From IMG/VR virus record IMGVR_UViG_3300005253_000193, positions 41,964 through 105,963 of that record: DNA of 64,000 nt; one strand, given 5' to 3'. The notes below the pieces were generated by a model. That model searched no databases, was not told the DNA's origin, and worked only from the letters and a program-made list of their open reading frames with translations. The position numbers and the translations under genes are program-made. The stretch comes from a virus. Positions 47,752 to 58,420 of the stretch are shown here, piece by piece. The number at the start of each line of letters is the position of its first letter. Position 1 is the first letter of the stretch.

Positions 47752-48726
47752 TTACTCCCCCGAGTCGTCATAGAGTTGATCTATAAAGTCCTGAATTTTG
47801 TCTTTGCCGTGGTCTTCATCCGCTACCGCCTCGTTCCACAGAGTATTATCTCTTATTTTCAGAATAGCATCCTTAATGAGGGCATTGATGACACCTGGGT
47901 CCAGAGCATCAAGCTCCCAAGAATCTGTTCCAAAATGATCAACGTAGTTCTTGACTCTCTTATCGGCAAACTTCACATAATTGGGCGGCGGGTTATATCG
48001 GCTTATCTGACTAAAGTTGAGTCCAAGGCGACGAATAATTGGAGCGTCATGAAGGAGTCCATCACCATCAAATTCAATTATAGTATAGGCAGTCTCCGAT
48101 TTATAAAATTCTTTTATCTGATCGTAATCGTACCCGGTAAAGACCGCGAGCCTCTTCCAAAGATCCCAGGTCATGTCCAACCCCGAAGGATCGTGATCCC
48201 CAAGATGCAAAACAACGACCTTTTGCCCATCCTTTATATACTGGTTAAATCTCTGTCCGGCTTTCCACACTTCGGAAGCTGAGGGATACCCTCGACATGA
48301 AAAATAAGGGACATCCAACTGTACACAGATGCCTTCGATAACACCCACCAACGCATCCTTCTCAATCCAAACTTCAATTCTGGTGGTCTGATTGGCCCAT
48401 TTGTCGATAGCGTAACCACGGCGAGCAGACTCAAGAATTTCCATTGGGTTGTCCCAGTGTTGGTTCTCCCTGACAAATCTGGTCCTATCCTCGAGGGAGG
48501 TCCAATTTATGAACCCAGCCATCCGAGCATTCTTGATGATGTCTCCCAACTTGTTGTAGGATTCCTGGTCGTTTGGAAGAAGGTCCCTGGACACAAACTG
48601 ATAGAAAAGCTGCCGCAGGGTCAGGATATATCCCTTTGCTTCATACTCATCAATGATATCTATAGCCTTCGCCACAACGCCAGCGGTTTTGGCTTGCGGC
48701 TTCCATTCCTTATAGGATATTTTCAT
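47752..48726 (-). CDS. Topoisomerase VI-A-like TOPRIM protein
   Basis: TLRQLFYQ, EVWIEKDAL, RGY.S, GDHDPSG, WELDAL. Confidence 0.75.
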   Translation of the reverse strand: MKISYKEWKPQAKTAGVVAKAIDIIDEYEAKGYILTLRQLFYQFVSRDLLPNDQESYNKLGDIIKNARMAGFINWTSLEDRTRFVRENQHWDNPMEILESARRGYAIDKWANQTTRIEVWIEKDALVGVIEGICVQLDVPYFSCRGYPSASEVWKAGQRFNQYIKDGQKVVVLHLGDHDPSGLDMTWDLWKRLAVFTGYDYDQIKEFYKSETAYTIIEFDGDGLLHDAPIIRRLGLNFSQISRYNPPPNYVKFADKRVKNYVDHFGTDSWELDALDPGVINALIKDAILKIRDNTLWNEAVADEDHGKDKIQDFIDQLYDDSGE

Positions 48727-49247
48727 GGCTTCCTCCTCGCAAGATCATAGTCCATGCTTCCCCCCATGGAGTCGAGCAGTACGTGAAAAAGCCCCGCTCT
48801 TATATATCCAGGGAACGCTTTACCAAACAAGGAAGGGATCTTGCTTGCGTTTGCCGACACAGTTTTGATGGTGACTATAACACCAAGCATGTCCAAATGA
48901 TCAACAACCAATTGAGTTGTTATGACGTAGAGGGAATACCTCTGTACCTTTTTTATACCTGGGAAATTATCTTCAACAAATTGCTCCACCACCTCCCAAT
49001 TTTTCTGGAACACGGGGTAGCCCCTCGTCCTTTTGAACTGTTGCCAGGGGCCGGGCCGGATATTGCTGGCCTGGGAAACTGCCTGAGCCAAGGCTTTGTA
49101 GAAGAGTTCTACATCCTCCTGGTCAGAGGATTCCTTCTCAACCAAGCCCTGATGTTTGAGCAAGTGCTCAACGGTAGCCTTGACTTGAAGGAGATCTTGT
49201 TTGCCAAGAGTGCTCAAAACATCCAACAATTCCGATGCTTTGGTCAT
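48723..49247 (-). CDS. Hypothetical protein
   Basis: 174 aa; ATGA-coupled. Confidence 0.55.
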   Translation of the reverse strand: MTKASELLDVLSTLGKQDLLQVKATVEHLLKHQGLVEKESSDQEDVELFYKALAQAVSQASNIRPGPWQQFKRTRGYPVFQKNWEVVEQFVEDNFPGIKKVQRYSLYVITTQLVVDHLDMLGVIVTIKTVSANASKIPSLFGKAFPGYIRAGLFHVLLDSMGGSMDYDLARRKP

Positions 49248-49621
49248 TTTAACAGGCGTGCAGTTATAGATTTACTTATATCACGTATTGGCTTGAATCC
49301 AAATAGCCGCCATAACCAACCAACACGCTTCAGTGGCGCGGTAATTTCAATAACATCTGGCGATGTGGAAACCACCCTCGTTCCCTCCTACCACTTGATA
49401 TTTGTGGGCCACTTGATTGTTTTATTCATTTCGGCCTCCTTAATGCAATGCCCAAAGGATGTTTCCTTCGAAATCCTCAACCCGGATCGTGCCAGGGTTT
49501 AGTTCCGCGTTATCCCGTGCGACCTCCTCGGGGGTTCTGCCAATCAGGACTTCATCGGGGACCTCAATTGGGTAAAAACGTTCCTTACCCTCGAACAATC
49601 GAAAAAAGATGTAAATTTGCA

Positions 49622-49975
49622 TCACTTCTGCCCCCAAGCCTTGATGCAGGCTATGCTGAGGGCGAGGGCGGGGGTGGGGGCATAAGTGGGTATGTATATT
49701 TCATCTGGCTCACCCCAATCCCTTAAAACCGCGTGATTCTTGGGTATCCCCGTATCAGGTGCGTCGCTCTCGCCGACCCTCCAATCCCACCCCTCCGGCA
49801 CCAGCGTTCGGGCGGCGTCGAGGAAGGCACCAGCAACAACAAACAGTACAGCCTTTTGATGTACGGTCTTAGTTATCCACCCTCGGGTGTAGGCGTACTC
49901 CACGGCGTCCATGAGTGTAGTACTCTGATCTGCTTCCGTCGCCGCTTCCAGCTGTGTGATGATGTCACTTGTCAT
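49622..49975 (-). CDS. Phage ABA-sandwich-like protein (paralog of 63320..63661)
   Basis: FLDAA.TLVPEGW.W...TPALAL..A..KAW. Confidence 0.6.
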   Translation of the reverse strand: MTSDIITQLEAATEADQSTTLMDAVEYAYTRGWITKTVHQKAVLFVVAGAFLDAARTLVPEGWDWRVGESDAPDTGIPKNHAVLRDWGEPDEIYIPTYAPTPALALSIACIKAWGQK

Positions 49976-51738
49976 AGCTCTATTTCCCTTAACACCTTAA
50001 TCAATCGCTCCAAATTACACAGGTCGCCCCGATTTACTTGCAGGTCGAACACCCCGTCCGCTTCGATGCAGAGCCTCTTGATATTGAACCCTCCATCGTG
50101 TTCTACCGGCTCTGGTAGAATACCGCCGCACGCCTCCCTCTTCTTCCAGCTTTCCTGGGTGTTCAACACGAAATGACAATCCGGATGTGGACACCATCCG
50201 GGGCGTTCATGACTGCGAAAGGTAGAGTCACTTGTCATGGCCTCTATCCCTCTCTATCGAAACAAGTCGCGAAAGAAGAATAGTATGCCGCTCACAAGGA
50301 ACAGATAGATCAGAATGTCCCCAGTGGGGCCTAAGATAAAGTCCATCGTCTTTCCCTCCCTATCGATCAGCCTGAAAGTATCCGTCTGGGTTGACTATCC
50401 GTACCCGAACCCAAGTCCATTTTGCGCCTCGACACTCCTTGATTCGTATCCACCGCCCCCGGCTCGAACTTCTCATTTTTGCGGACACGGACGACGGCGG
50501 GCACGGTGCCGATCTTGCACGGGTGGTCAAATTGTTCAGGGCCTTGGGTTCGCATCTTCGGCTCCTTTACGTTACATCCATTTCGGCGAGATATGCGTCA
50601 ATCTTTGGACTTCGTTCAATACTCTTAGGACCGTCGAAGGCAACCGATTCGACCCAGTCGAGATAATCGAGGTATCTGCAAACCTGACACTCGCCACAGC
50701 CGTCACCTTTGCAGTCAAATTTTCTCGTCATGACGGCCTCTTCAGTGAGACGCCACGGCGGCGAGGCCAGCGTCGGTAACGTCGTATCGGTATTGCTGGC
50801 GACCATCCCACCAACCAACATCGTTGATTACGATCAGCCCCTTCCTCTCCAACGCCCTCGCTGTGCGTTCCTCTCGGGTCCATCTTGAGAAAAATGGGCG
50901 ACCATGATCTTCGAGGAACAAAAGTTGGGTGTTACTCAGCTTCATGGTGGCTCCTTCTGCGTGGGCCGCCCCAAAGGCGAAGCCCTATTGCTGTATTCAG
51001 GCTTCCGCCCTCCGTAGAGGGACGGTATCTGACCCCAGGGCGACCCAACCTCATTCGCCGTCTCCTGTCCGCTTGGGGCACACGGCTGGGATTGCCTCAG
51101 TAGAGGCTAGGCTGGCAACGGTGCGTTTGTATAAGGCGCTATCGCTGTATTCGGCCCCATTGTCGATTTCTACCCATCCACCACTGCCATCGGGCAAGCC
51201 GATAGTTCCCTTCCGCATATGGTGTAGGTGGTGTTCTGTCAGCAGCAGCATCAACTGGGCGATCTTGACGTCCTTTTCGGTCACCATTTCATCGTGGATT
51301 TCCTCGGTGACATAACCTTCCGGGCAGATGTTCCCTTCGTCGCCGAATGTGTCCATCATTTTCCGTCTCCATCTGTACGCTTGGGGGACGCCTTCGCCTT
51401 GCGCTTTCTTTTAAGCGCAGCGACTAGTGCTCTCGGGGCAACGTGTTCCAACGTATCCCGAAGGTCTTGAGCCAGAAGTGCGAGCGACCAGAACCGCTGC
51501 TCGTCGTAATCAGCCTGGATGTCTTTGTCGAATTTACCCATTGGATTCTGTCCGCTTGGGGGACCGGGGGTGATCGCGCCCGCAGGCAATTAACGGCCCG
51601 ACCATGTCGTGAAACGTCAAGCCATTGCAATGCCATACAGGGTTGCCGAATCTTTCTCCTGCAACCAAATGACCATCACAATGCGGATCAGGACACCGGC
51701 TGGGAAGGAAAAGTCCGGTTTCTCCATCCTTCTTTGGT

Positions 51739-52152
51739 TCACGATACATCACTCTCTCCTGTTCGCAAGAGGGACCAAGCCGCATACCGCAGCCGCTTGT
51801 TCTCCTTCGCCAGCGTATCACATCTGTCATAAAGTCCTTCATTCTCTTCCAGGAGGTCTGCGTTAATCTTTGCCATCTCTATGAAGCACTCGGACTTGGC
51901 CGCTAGTTCCCGCGCCAGCGCGGAGTGGTCGGCCTCGATGGCGGTAAGAGCAACTCGTCTTAAATCACCAGGCGATACGTTGTAGCAACTAAGAACGAGA
52001 TAAAGCCTATCTATCATCCGCTCCACGCGCTCGTCAATGGTGGAGGATGCTTCTGGCTTTGGTTTGCCGCATTTAAGACAGGTCTGCCCTCCATCGTTAT
52101 CGCTCACAACAGGAAGCCAATCTTTGCATTGGCATTCATCCATGGTGGTCAT
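51739..52152 (-). CDS. Hypothetical protein (paralog of 63651..63998 with an inserted Cys motif)
   Basis: Shared MTTMDE, DERVER and IE.D.SALA segments. Confidence 0.55.
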   Translation of the reverse strand: MTTMDECQCKDWLPVVSDNDGGQTCLKCGKPKPEASSTIDERVERMIDRLYLVLSCYNVSPGDLRRVALTAIEADHSALARELAAKSECFIEMAKINADLLEENEGLYDRCDTLAKENKRLRYAAWSLLRTGESDVS

Positions 52153-52343
52153 CGCTCGGTTCCTCCAAAACCAACAACTTGATCTCCATACGATCTACTC
52201 AGAAGGCAACGCCGGGACCCCGATTACGGCCAGCACCACACGGGACGGGCTCGGAGCGTTTCTGGTGTGGTTCCATGTCGCCGAGAAGATTGGTCATACT
52301 CTTCTCCATCGCAATCCACCACACCCCCACCACTCATCAAAGG

Positions 52344-52751
52344 TCATACTGGTTCTCCTTCCTCTGGAATCTGAGGGGTCCGTTTTATATTCCAACTATC
52401 GACGGCTTCTCTTTCCCCCTGCGCACGAGGACCAACCGCTCTGCATTCTGTACACGCGACCCAGGTCAAATTACCTTCCGTCGAGATATGCAGAGTTCTA
52501 GAACCACAAATGCAGGGTAGCAATTCAACTGCGGGCTCGCTATCTCCCAAGCGCCGTGTCGGCTGCATCGAGGATATTCCAGGTCGATCCAGAAGCTCCC
52601 GCGCTTCCTGCTCGGCTTGATAATCACCCCCACATTCATCACCTCGCATCCAGGTCCAAATCAGATCAACCTTGTGTCGCCAGTGAGCCAATTCTGTTCG
52701 TAGTAGTTTGTTTTCTTCTTTTAGGTCGTCCGGCATTTCAAATATCTCCAA
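52344..52751 (-). CDS. Protein with a C-terminal Lar (restriction-alleviation)-like Zn domain
   Basis: LLPC.CGS...V.C.EC.A.GP.....EA...WN. Confidence 0.6.
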   Translation of the reverse strand: MEIFEMPDDLKEENKLLRTELAHWRHKVDLIWTWMRGDECGGDYQAEQEARELLDRPGISSMQPTRRLGDSEPAVELLPCICGSRTLHISTEGNLTWVACTECRAVGPRAQGEREAVDSWNIKRTPQIPEEGEPV

Positions 52752-53418
52752 ACAGTATTGGCAACTCCTTCTTTAGTACCTTGAGGAGTGGTAGCATTAG
52801 GTCCCGCATCTGCGGATGGGCTGCCTTGGACGTACGCTGTGTCAGGATGTGCATCCACTCGCGGATGTTAGCCATCACGTCCAACTCGGTTTTCAATGAC
52901 TGTGGAAGTTGCTCACGGGCTTCTTGCGGGGGGGCTCCAAGGGCAATGTCGACGAAGTATCGTTTTTCACAATCAATCATGCCCTTCAGCCAATTATCTT
53001 CGCGCTCACTAAAAGATGCCTCAGGGATTTTCCACCGCTGGATAAGGCCAGGGAACCAGCAGGGCTCGATGAATGTAATTTGAGAGCCGTGCTTCCCTTT
53101 TGAATAATTACAGTAACGGGTGCTCTCCATCGCAAAAGAACCGCACTCCCAACTTCCGCACATATGACAAGGGCGATGTCTTACCAACTCGTGGGAAACG
53201 CCCCGATTGGTGATGAAGCGAATCTTTATAACTCCCCCAAGTTCTATCATGGGGTAATGACCGCGTTCAGTAAGGGAGGTGACCAACTTATCGGCCGAGC
53301 CAGGACCGATCTTGTCCTCGGATTTATAACAAAGGCGAGCCGAGCGTTCAATCTCACGCATAATGACATCACCATCGAGGGGTGAAAGAATCTCGAAACT
53401 CTGTCGGATTAATTTCAT
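52738..53418 (-). CDS. thyX: FAD-dependent thymidylate synthase
   Basis: R.CYKSE, RGVSHELVRHR, ESTRYCNY, AR..LP, AHPQMR. Confidence 0.92.
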   Translation of the reverse strand: MKLIRQSFEILSPLDGDVIMREIERSARLCYKSEDKIGPGSADKLVTSLTERGHYPMIELGGVIKIRFITNRGVSHELVRHRPCHMCGSWECGSFAMESTRYCNYSKGKHGSQITFIEPCWFPGLIQRWKIPEASFSEREDNWLKGMIDCEKRYFVDIALGAPPQEAREQLPQSLKTELDVMANIREWMHILTQRTSKAAHPQMRDLMLPLLKVLKKELPILFGDI

Positions 53419-54193
53419 TGATTCGTCTCCCTTACCTGCCGCCGGGACTCCCTGCGGGCTTCCCTATCAGCCTTCCGAGAAGCTATATCACGTTGAAAGG
53501 CTTCATGTCCTTGCCGCTCTTCGTGGGTCCAGTATTTGTGCCCACGATGAGATACTTGTTTGCCGTCGCCTTTGAAATTCTTGGAGGAGTTCTTTCCTTT
53601 GCTCATTCGTAATCTCCATTGATCTGAGACATCACATCTATCAAATATTCAGTTGCCTGAACCTGCGTCTCCTGACGCAGCACCAACAAATCCATGTGTC
53701 TGCGTATTTTTTCCTCGCTGTAAAGATTGGCCTCACTCATTATACATGCGGGTGACGCTCCTCGTCCTATAATGTACCCAAGGACAAAACCAAGAATCAA
53801 CACACCCATCGACAGCTGAAGGATTCTACTCATGAGTTTTTACCCTCTTCTGTTCGAGCCAAATCCGTCTATACTTCTGAACAGTACTCAGATTAAATCC
53901 AGTCTTCACTGCGACCTTCCGCTGCGACAATCCTGCTTCAAGCCTTCGGATTATTTTGCCGATGTCCATTACTGTAAGCCCTGGCGGGCCGGGGCGGCTG
54001 CCAGGGCTCTTCCCTTTACTGCTTACCTTCTTGACAGGCTTTTTCTTGGTAGTTTTCTTGATGTCTCTTGGTAGTTTGGCTGGTTTGGCCTTGGCAACGC
54101 AATCTGCACACACATCAAATTTGTTCAGCACCCGCCCCTTAGCCCCACATGCCCCACACTGTCTAGTGGCCAACAACTGATTTATGGGGTCAT

Positions 54194-55012
54194 TCATGAC
54201 TCCTCCTTGAACAGCTCACAACCTTCCCAATGATAGGACCTTTCTGCTTCGGCCATGTCGGTTAGGAACCAGCCACGTTCCGTTTCCAACATATCCACAG
54301 ACCACGCACCACCCACTACTTCACCAGCTCGACTAGCAATGCCAAGCACGACTTGTTCGTCAGGTCCTTGGCAAAGTTGATCGTAGATGCCCTGCATTTC
54401 CTTTTCATCAACACCACCACGCTCCAACGCCTCCATGGGCCAGTATGGATGAAAACACTTCACCGTACCATCCTCGACAAAGACCCTAAACTCACGACAG
54501 ACCGGCATGTTTTCATATATTGGACACGTGGCAAGCGGTTTCGTTGGTAAAAATTCTCTCACTGCCCATATATTACAGGCCAAGCCAGACAAAGCCACCA
54601 TCTCGGAGAACTCGACGAGCGCAATGACATGATGTGCGATATCAACTTCCGCCGATTCGATAAAACAAGTTCTATCCCAATCGTGCTTGCCAGATGTTTG
54701 ACCCGTCCGCAGAAAGCAGGGATACCCAATCTTATCAGCAGCAGCCTTGATCTCATCAAAGAATGGTTGTGCCTTTCCAGTCATAGGCTTACCATCAAAG
54801 ACATGAAAGGCATCGCAAAATGCTTCAACTGGCATAGGTACAATTATTGTCTTTGGTACTGGCAGTCCGGCAGCCTGTATCTTTGGGAACCAATAGGACA
54901 AGCACGTCTTGTCCATTGCATACCTGGTCCACTCCCGTTCCATAGTGGTCTCAAAAGGCTCTTCGGTTAGTACAGCAGGAGGAATGATTTTCTTTTTCAT
55001 TCTGGAGTCCAT
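54194..55012 (-). CDS. ATP-grasp-like protein
   Basis: GYPCFLRTG..SGKH.W, VREFL, EFRVFV, WSVD. Confidence 0.6.
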   Translation of the reverse strand: MDSRMKKKIIPPAVLTEEPFETTMEREWTRYAMDKTCLSYWFPKIQAAGLPVPKTIIVPMPVEAFCDAFHVFDGKPMTGKAQPFFDEIKAAADKIGYPCFLRTGQTSGKHDWDRTCFIESAEVDIAHHVIALVEFSEMVALSGLACNIWAVREFLPTKPLATCPIYENMPVCREFRVFVEDGTVKCFHPYWPMEALERGGVDEKEMQGIYDQLCQGPDEQVVLGIASRAGEVVGGAWSVDMLETERGWFLTDMAEAERSYHWEGCELFKEES

Positions 55013-55259
55013 TCCTCTCCCATCACTTCACCAATGACGGGGTAATTCCCCCAGCAGCGTTTGTAGTATTCTGGTTCAAGAATTTTGACTCCCGAAGCCA
55101 CATGCTTCAATGCCGTCTCCAACTCGGTGATGTAATCACCGGCGGCTTGCATCGTGTTTCCCTCATCACCGTCATTGTTCTCCTGCCCCGCGAAACCATG
55201 GAGCACGGCGCTGATTGGAAGTTCCTTTCCGTGGTAGTGTTGGGTAGCAATTTTCCTCG

Positions 55260-55511
55260 TCATGACGCTTCCTTCCTCTTTCTGTCGCGTAACATAAGGA
55301 CTAATTCCCTTTGGGTAACTTCAATAGCCCCATACTGGACCGCCAGCGCCTTCTTCCCCAAACTCACATCGTAGTGGCCCTTCTGGTAATGCCGTCGGGC
55401 CACCCCGATCCGGCCAGCCATCGCATGAAGTTCGTCCTCGGTATCCGCTATCATGTGGCACATGATCATCCGACCAAGCGGCGCACGCATGTTATCCACG
55501 TATATTGTCAT
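55260..55511 (-). CDS. DUF4031-family protein
   Basis: YVD, MCHMIADT..ELH.MA..IG, HYD. Confidence 0.8.
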   Translation of the reverse strand: MTIYVDNMRAPLGRMIMCHMIADTEDELHAMAGRIGVARRHYQKGHYDVSLGKKALAVQYGAIEVTQRELVLMLRDRKRKEAS

Positions 55512-56455
55512 ACGTAGACCAGAACTCCAGCATCGATATCGCTCTTGAATTTGTGGACATCCCACCGGAGTTTCTCGATGATTTCGTCTTTCTGGCGGAG
55601 CTTTCTCAGGAGTTCTCTGCGTCGGAAGCTGTATTTTATGTATCCCGCAATCCCAAATAGAATTGAGAGCAGCAACGCACCAGCAAGATAGAATAAGTAA
55701 TCGATTGCTTTCATTAAGATTAGAATGTCAACCACGGGACTTTCTCCCTTCCTTGATAGCTTGACCCTCTCGCCCGGCAGCGAGTAGCGCTTCAAAAATA
55801 TCATAGGACTCTTTTCTACTATCGACAAGCGCCTTGACCATGTTAACGGGAAGGCTCATCATCTCCCAGGACTCCTCATCGCTTAGAAGCCTTTTCTCAA
55901 AATCATCCCGGAAGCATATATTGTCAAAACCCAAGTGCATGAGATAGCTATTTCTCAGAAATTTGGGATCCGATGTGATTCCCAAGAAAGACTCCTTGCC
56001 CCCCTCCCGGAGGATGATCAGTTGATATCTTTCAGACCTGCGCTTCCCATTGCTCATGGTTTTCCTTGGCCCTGTAATTTTCTGTGGCATTTAATCTATC
56101 CTTTCCTTATATGTCTTAATGCCAGCAAGTTAATGATTATTAGTAGACAGATGATGACCACCGCTGCGGCTATCACTCCACCAATGAAGTATGTAAGGGC
56201 TGTCCAGTCAGCTTCCCACAACTCGGAATACAATTTATTCATCTAAATCCTCTCTTTCCATCCTTTTCAGATGCATCCTTGTGGCTGTGAAAGCAAGAAA
56301 CAGGAAAAGTGAAACCATCAGAATCACGTTTCCTACTATCCATCCTAAGAACATAATCATGAAAATTGTGAAAATCCTCATCATTTCAATCCATCTATCC
56401 CTAAATCCTGAATACTATCATTCAAATAGACAATATCATTCAATGTGGCTTTGGT

Positions 56456-56847
56456 GGGATCGGTGGCATAGTCCGGCCTACCCTGGGGATGTAAGGATTG
56501 ATTACATCGAAAGGGTAGAGTCCTATGCCTCCCGGTTTGTGGCTTATGGAGCCGACCGTTTGGCCCTTGGGTGGTGTCCATCCCCCGTCGGTTGACAGCT
56601 ACTTTGGCGATTGATGGTATCGCCGCCGACCCGCTTCTGTCTTTCGTCCTACGGTGAGGCTGTGTCGGACCCCCTGGTGGCCTCATGACGTTTATCGGGG
56701 CCAGTGTCATAATCCGTCCCCCGAATGTCAAAACAAATAACTTGCGCTGAACAAGATTAAACTGTATATTCTGAGCACCGATGTTCATACGTCGGTTCCC
56801 AGATATCCAAAACTCGCGCATCCTCTTAACAGGGGGTGCGCCTTTTT
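56456..56847 (+). ncRNA. Candidate ~390-nt structured RNA, antisense to flanking genes
   Basis: Dense nested stems, two H-type pseudoknots, G-U pairs favouring the + strand, and a 3' terminator. Confidence 0.55.
56816..56847 (+). terminator. Intrinsic terminator (possibly bidirectional)
   Basis: GCGCATCCTCT-TAAC-AGGGGGTGCGC followed by CTTTTT. Confidence 0.7.
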
Positions 56848-56869
56848 ACTTATACGCTTATTTACTATT

Positions 56870-57145
56870 TCAAACAAGCTTCTGCCTCCGGAGCTTGGTT
56901 TTGCTTGCCTTTTTACTTGTTCGTTCTTTGGGGGACTTGAGATTGTAAACTATCTTCTTGCCCTTTTCTTTGGCCCACTTGACAAGTTGTTGTTTTTCGA
57001 AGCGAACTGAGTGTCTAGCATCACCGGGGATTATAATGGTGGGCATGTCCAGCTTTTTCCTCCATTTCCATATAGTCATGTGCCCCTTACCAAACAGGGT
57101 GCAGACATCTTTGATGGTTAGGAGGTCTTCCGGATCATACTTCAT
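56870..57145 (-). CDS. MerR/AlpA/excisionase-like HTH protein
   Basis: LLTIKDVC..FG....TIWKWR...MP...VRF.....W. Confidence 0.75.
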   Translation of the reverse strand: MKYDPEDLLTIKDVCTLFGKGHMTIWKWRKKLDMPTIIIPGDARHSVRFEKQQLVKWAKEKGKKIVYNLKSPKERTSKKASKTKLRRQKLV

Positions 57146-57501
57146 TTCAGTTTCCCCTGATGACCAAGGCGAAGGCCCATAGGATTGACCAACCCCATGC
57201 TGTGAAAAGAAAGAAAATCAAGACGCGAATTAATGATTTGGGATCGGGCGGTGTTTCCAAGGGGGGAAGAACAACCATATCCAAAGGCTGGGTTGGACCA
57301 CGCGCCTTTCTTGTTCTTGATCTCTCCATACTTGCTGCATTTGTAGGTCTTGATTCTACCACGGCTTTGATCTTCCTCCAAATAAATACATTGCCCTCTG
57401 ACACTATCCCATTGTCCAAACATGCACGGCGTCTGTTTGCAGCAGTAACCACATCTAACGCAGGGTGTGGGATTTTCAGTCTGTGATGGGGTCGCTGCCA
57501 T
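57142..57501 (-). CDS. Cys-cluster protein
   Basis: CVRCGYCC...C, C.YL, C..Y, GC. Confidence 0.55.
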   Translation of the reverse strand: MAATPSQTENPTPCVRCGYCCKQTPCMFGQWDSVRGQCIYLEEDQSRGRIKTYKCSKYGEIKNKKGAWSNPAFGYGCSSPLGNTARSQIINSRLDFLSFHSMGLVNPMGLRLGHQGKLK

Positions 57502-57871
57502 ACATCATAGCTCCGAGCTTGCCCATGATCCTAGTTTGTGTTGGATCACTGGCGGCCATTGCTGCAAGCATCAGCTCTGCCTCTTCTTTTGAGAAGTGAG
57601 CAGCGTTGCCTTTCTTGGGTTGTTCCAGTGACTTGATGTCACACTTCTCATTATGGAGTCGGCCCATGATAGCCCACCGATTGACTTCGGGCACCAGACC
57701 AGCCCTACGATAATTGCTGAGGTTTGAATCTGATACACCGATTGCCAAAAGAGCAAAGCCGTGACTGCAATCCAACTTGTTGGCCAGCAAATTCAACAAT
57801 GGCTCGAAGGTGCCCCAAGCAACTGACTTGCGTCTGCTGGTTTTGGGCTTCTGATTGGTATCAGTAGTCAT
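57476..57871 (-). CDS. Putative HTH protein
   Basis: AIGVSDSNLSNYRR.G.VP. Confidence 0.45.
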   Translation of the reverse strand: MTTDTNQKPKTSRRKSVAWGTFEPLLNLLANKLDCSHGFALLAIGVSDSNLSNYRRAGLVPEVNRWAIMGRLHNEKCDIKSLEQPKKGNAAHFSKEEAELMLAAMAASDPTQTRIMGKLGAMMYGSDPITD

Positions 57872-58258
57872 CCTTCATTTTTCCCTCAGCTTTTGCTCAT
57901 AGTTTTTGCGCTGCATTTGATGGCAAGGCTGTTGATATGCCTGGAGTGTTTCCTGAACCAATTGTCACCCATTTTCTCTCTCACTCTGTCGGCGTCCAGC
58001 AACAGGCGGTCCATTGTGTAGAGAGTTACCTTGAACAGATCACCCATGAACTCTCTTTTTGGTCGCCGTCTCTTGATTTCGTTTTTGATTTTCTCCTCTA
58101 CCTTTTCAGCGTCGGCGATGACGGACTTTGTTTCCCCGAGGAAGTCCGCCAGTTCTCCCAGGCAGGCCCGCCGAATGTCTCTGCGGACCATTTCTTTTAG
58201 GGTGACCCTGATGTGCTCCACGAATTTATCCTCGCGGTGAAAGGGGCAGAGTGTATAT

Positions 58259-58287
58259 ATACTAAATTAAAGCAAAACATGATACAA
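58259..58287 (-). promoter_or_regulatory. Sigma70-type promoter for the leftward early region
   Basis: TTGTAT-N17-TAGTAT. Confidence 0.5.
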
Positions 58288-58384
58288 GTGATTTTAAACA
58301 CCAGCCACTGGCAGTGGCTACCACTTTCCATGACAAGGAAAGGTTGCCTGGCTAGTGTGGTTGGTTGATGTAATTGCTTGGACC

Positions 58385-58413
58385 TTGCCAACACTTCAGA
58401 AGGTAGTTATAAT
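58385..58413 (+). promoter_or_regulatory. Sigma70 promoter, leaderless to terS
   Basis: TTGCCA-N17-TATAAT; ATG 7 nt downstream with no Shine-Dalgarno. Confidence 0.7.
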
Positions 58414-58420
58414 ACACCCC

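Noticed and set aside
56381-56821. 146-aa - strand ORF as a real gene
   Set aside because: No recognisable motif, weak RBS, and it overlaps a densely base-paired region ending in a + strand terminator; not fully excluded.
56456-56847. tmRNA, RNase P RNA or HDV-like ribozyme
   Set aside because: No tRNA-like domain or tag frame, no GAGGAAAGUCC core, and no P3/L3 element between the crossing stems.
56870-57145. Excisionase implying a prophage boundary
   Set aside because: No integrase, att-like repeat or host genes in the window; a generic HTH call suffices.
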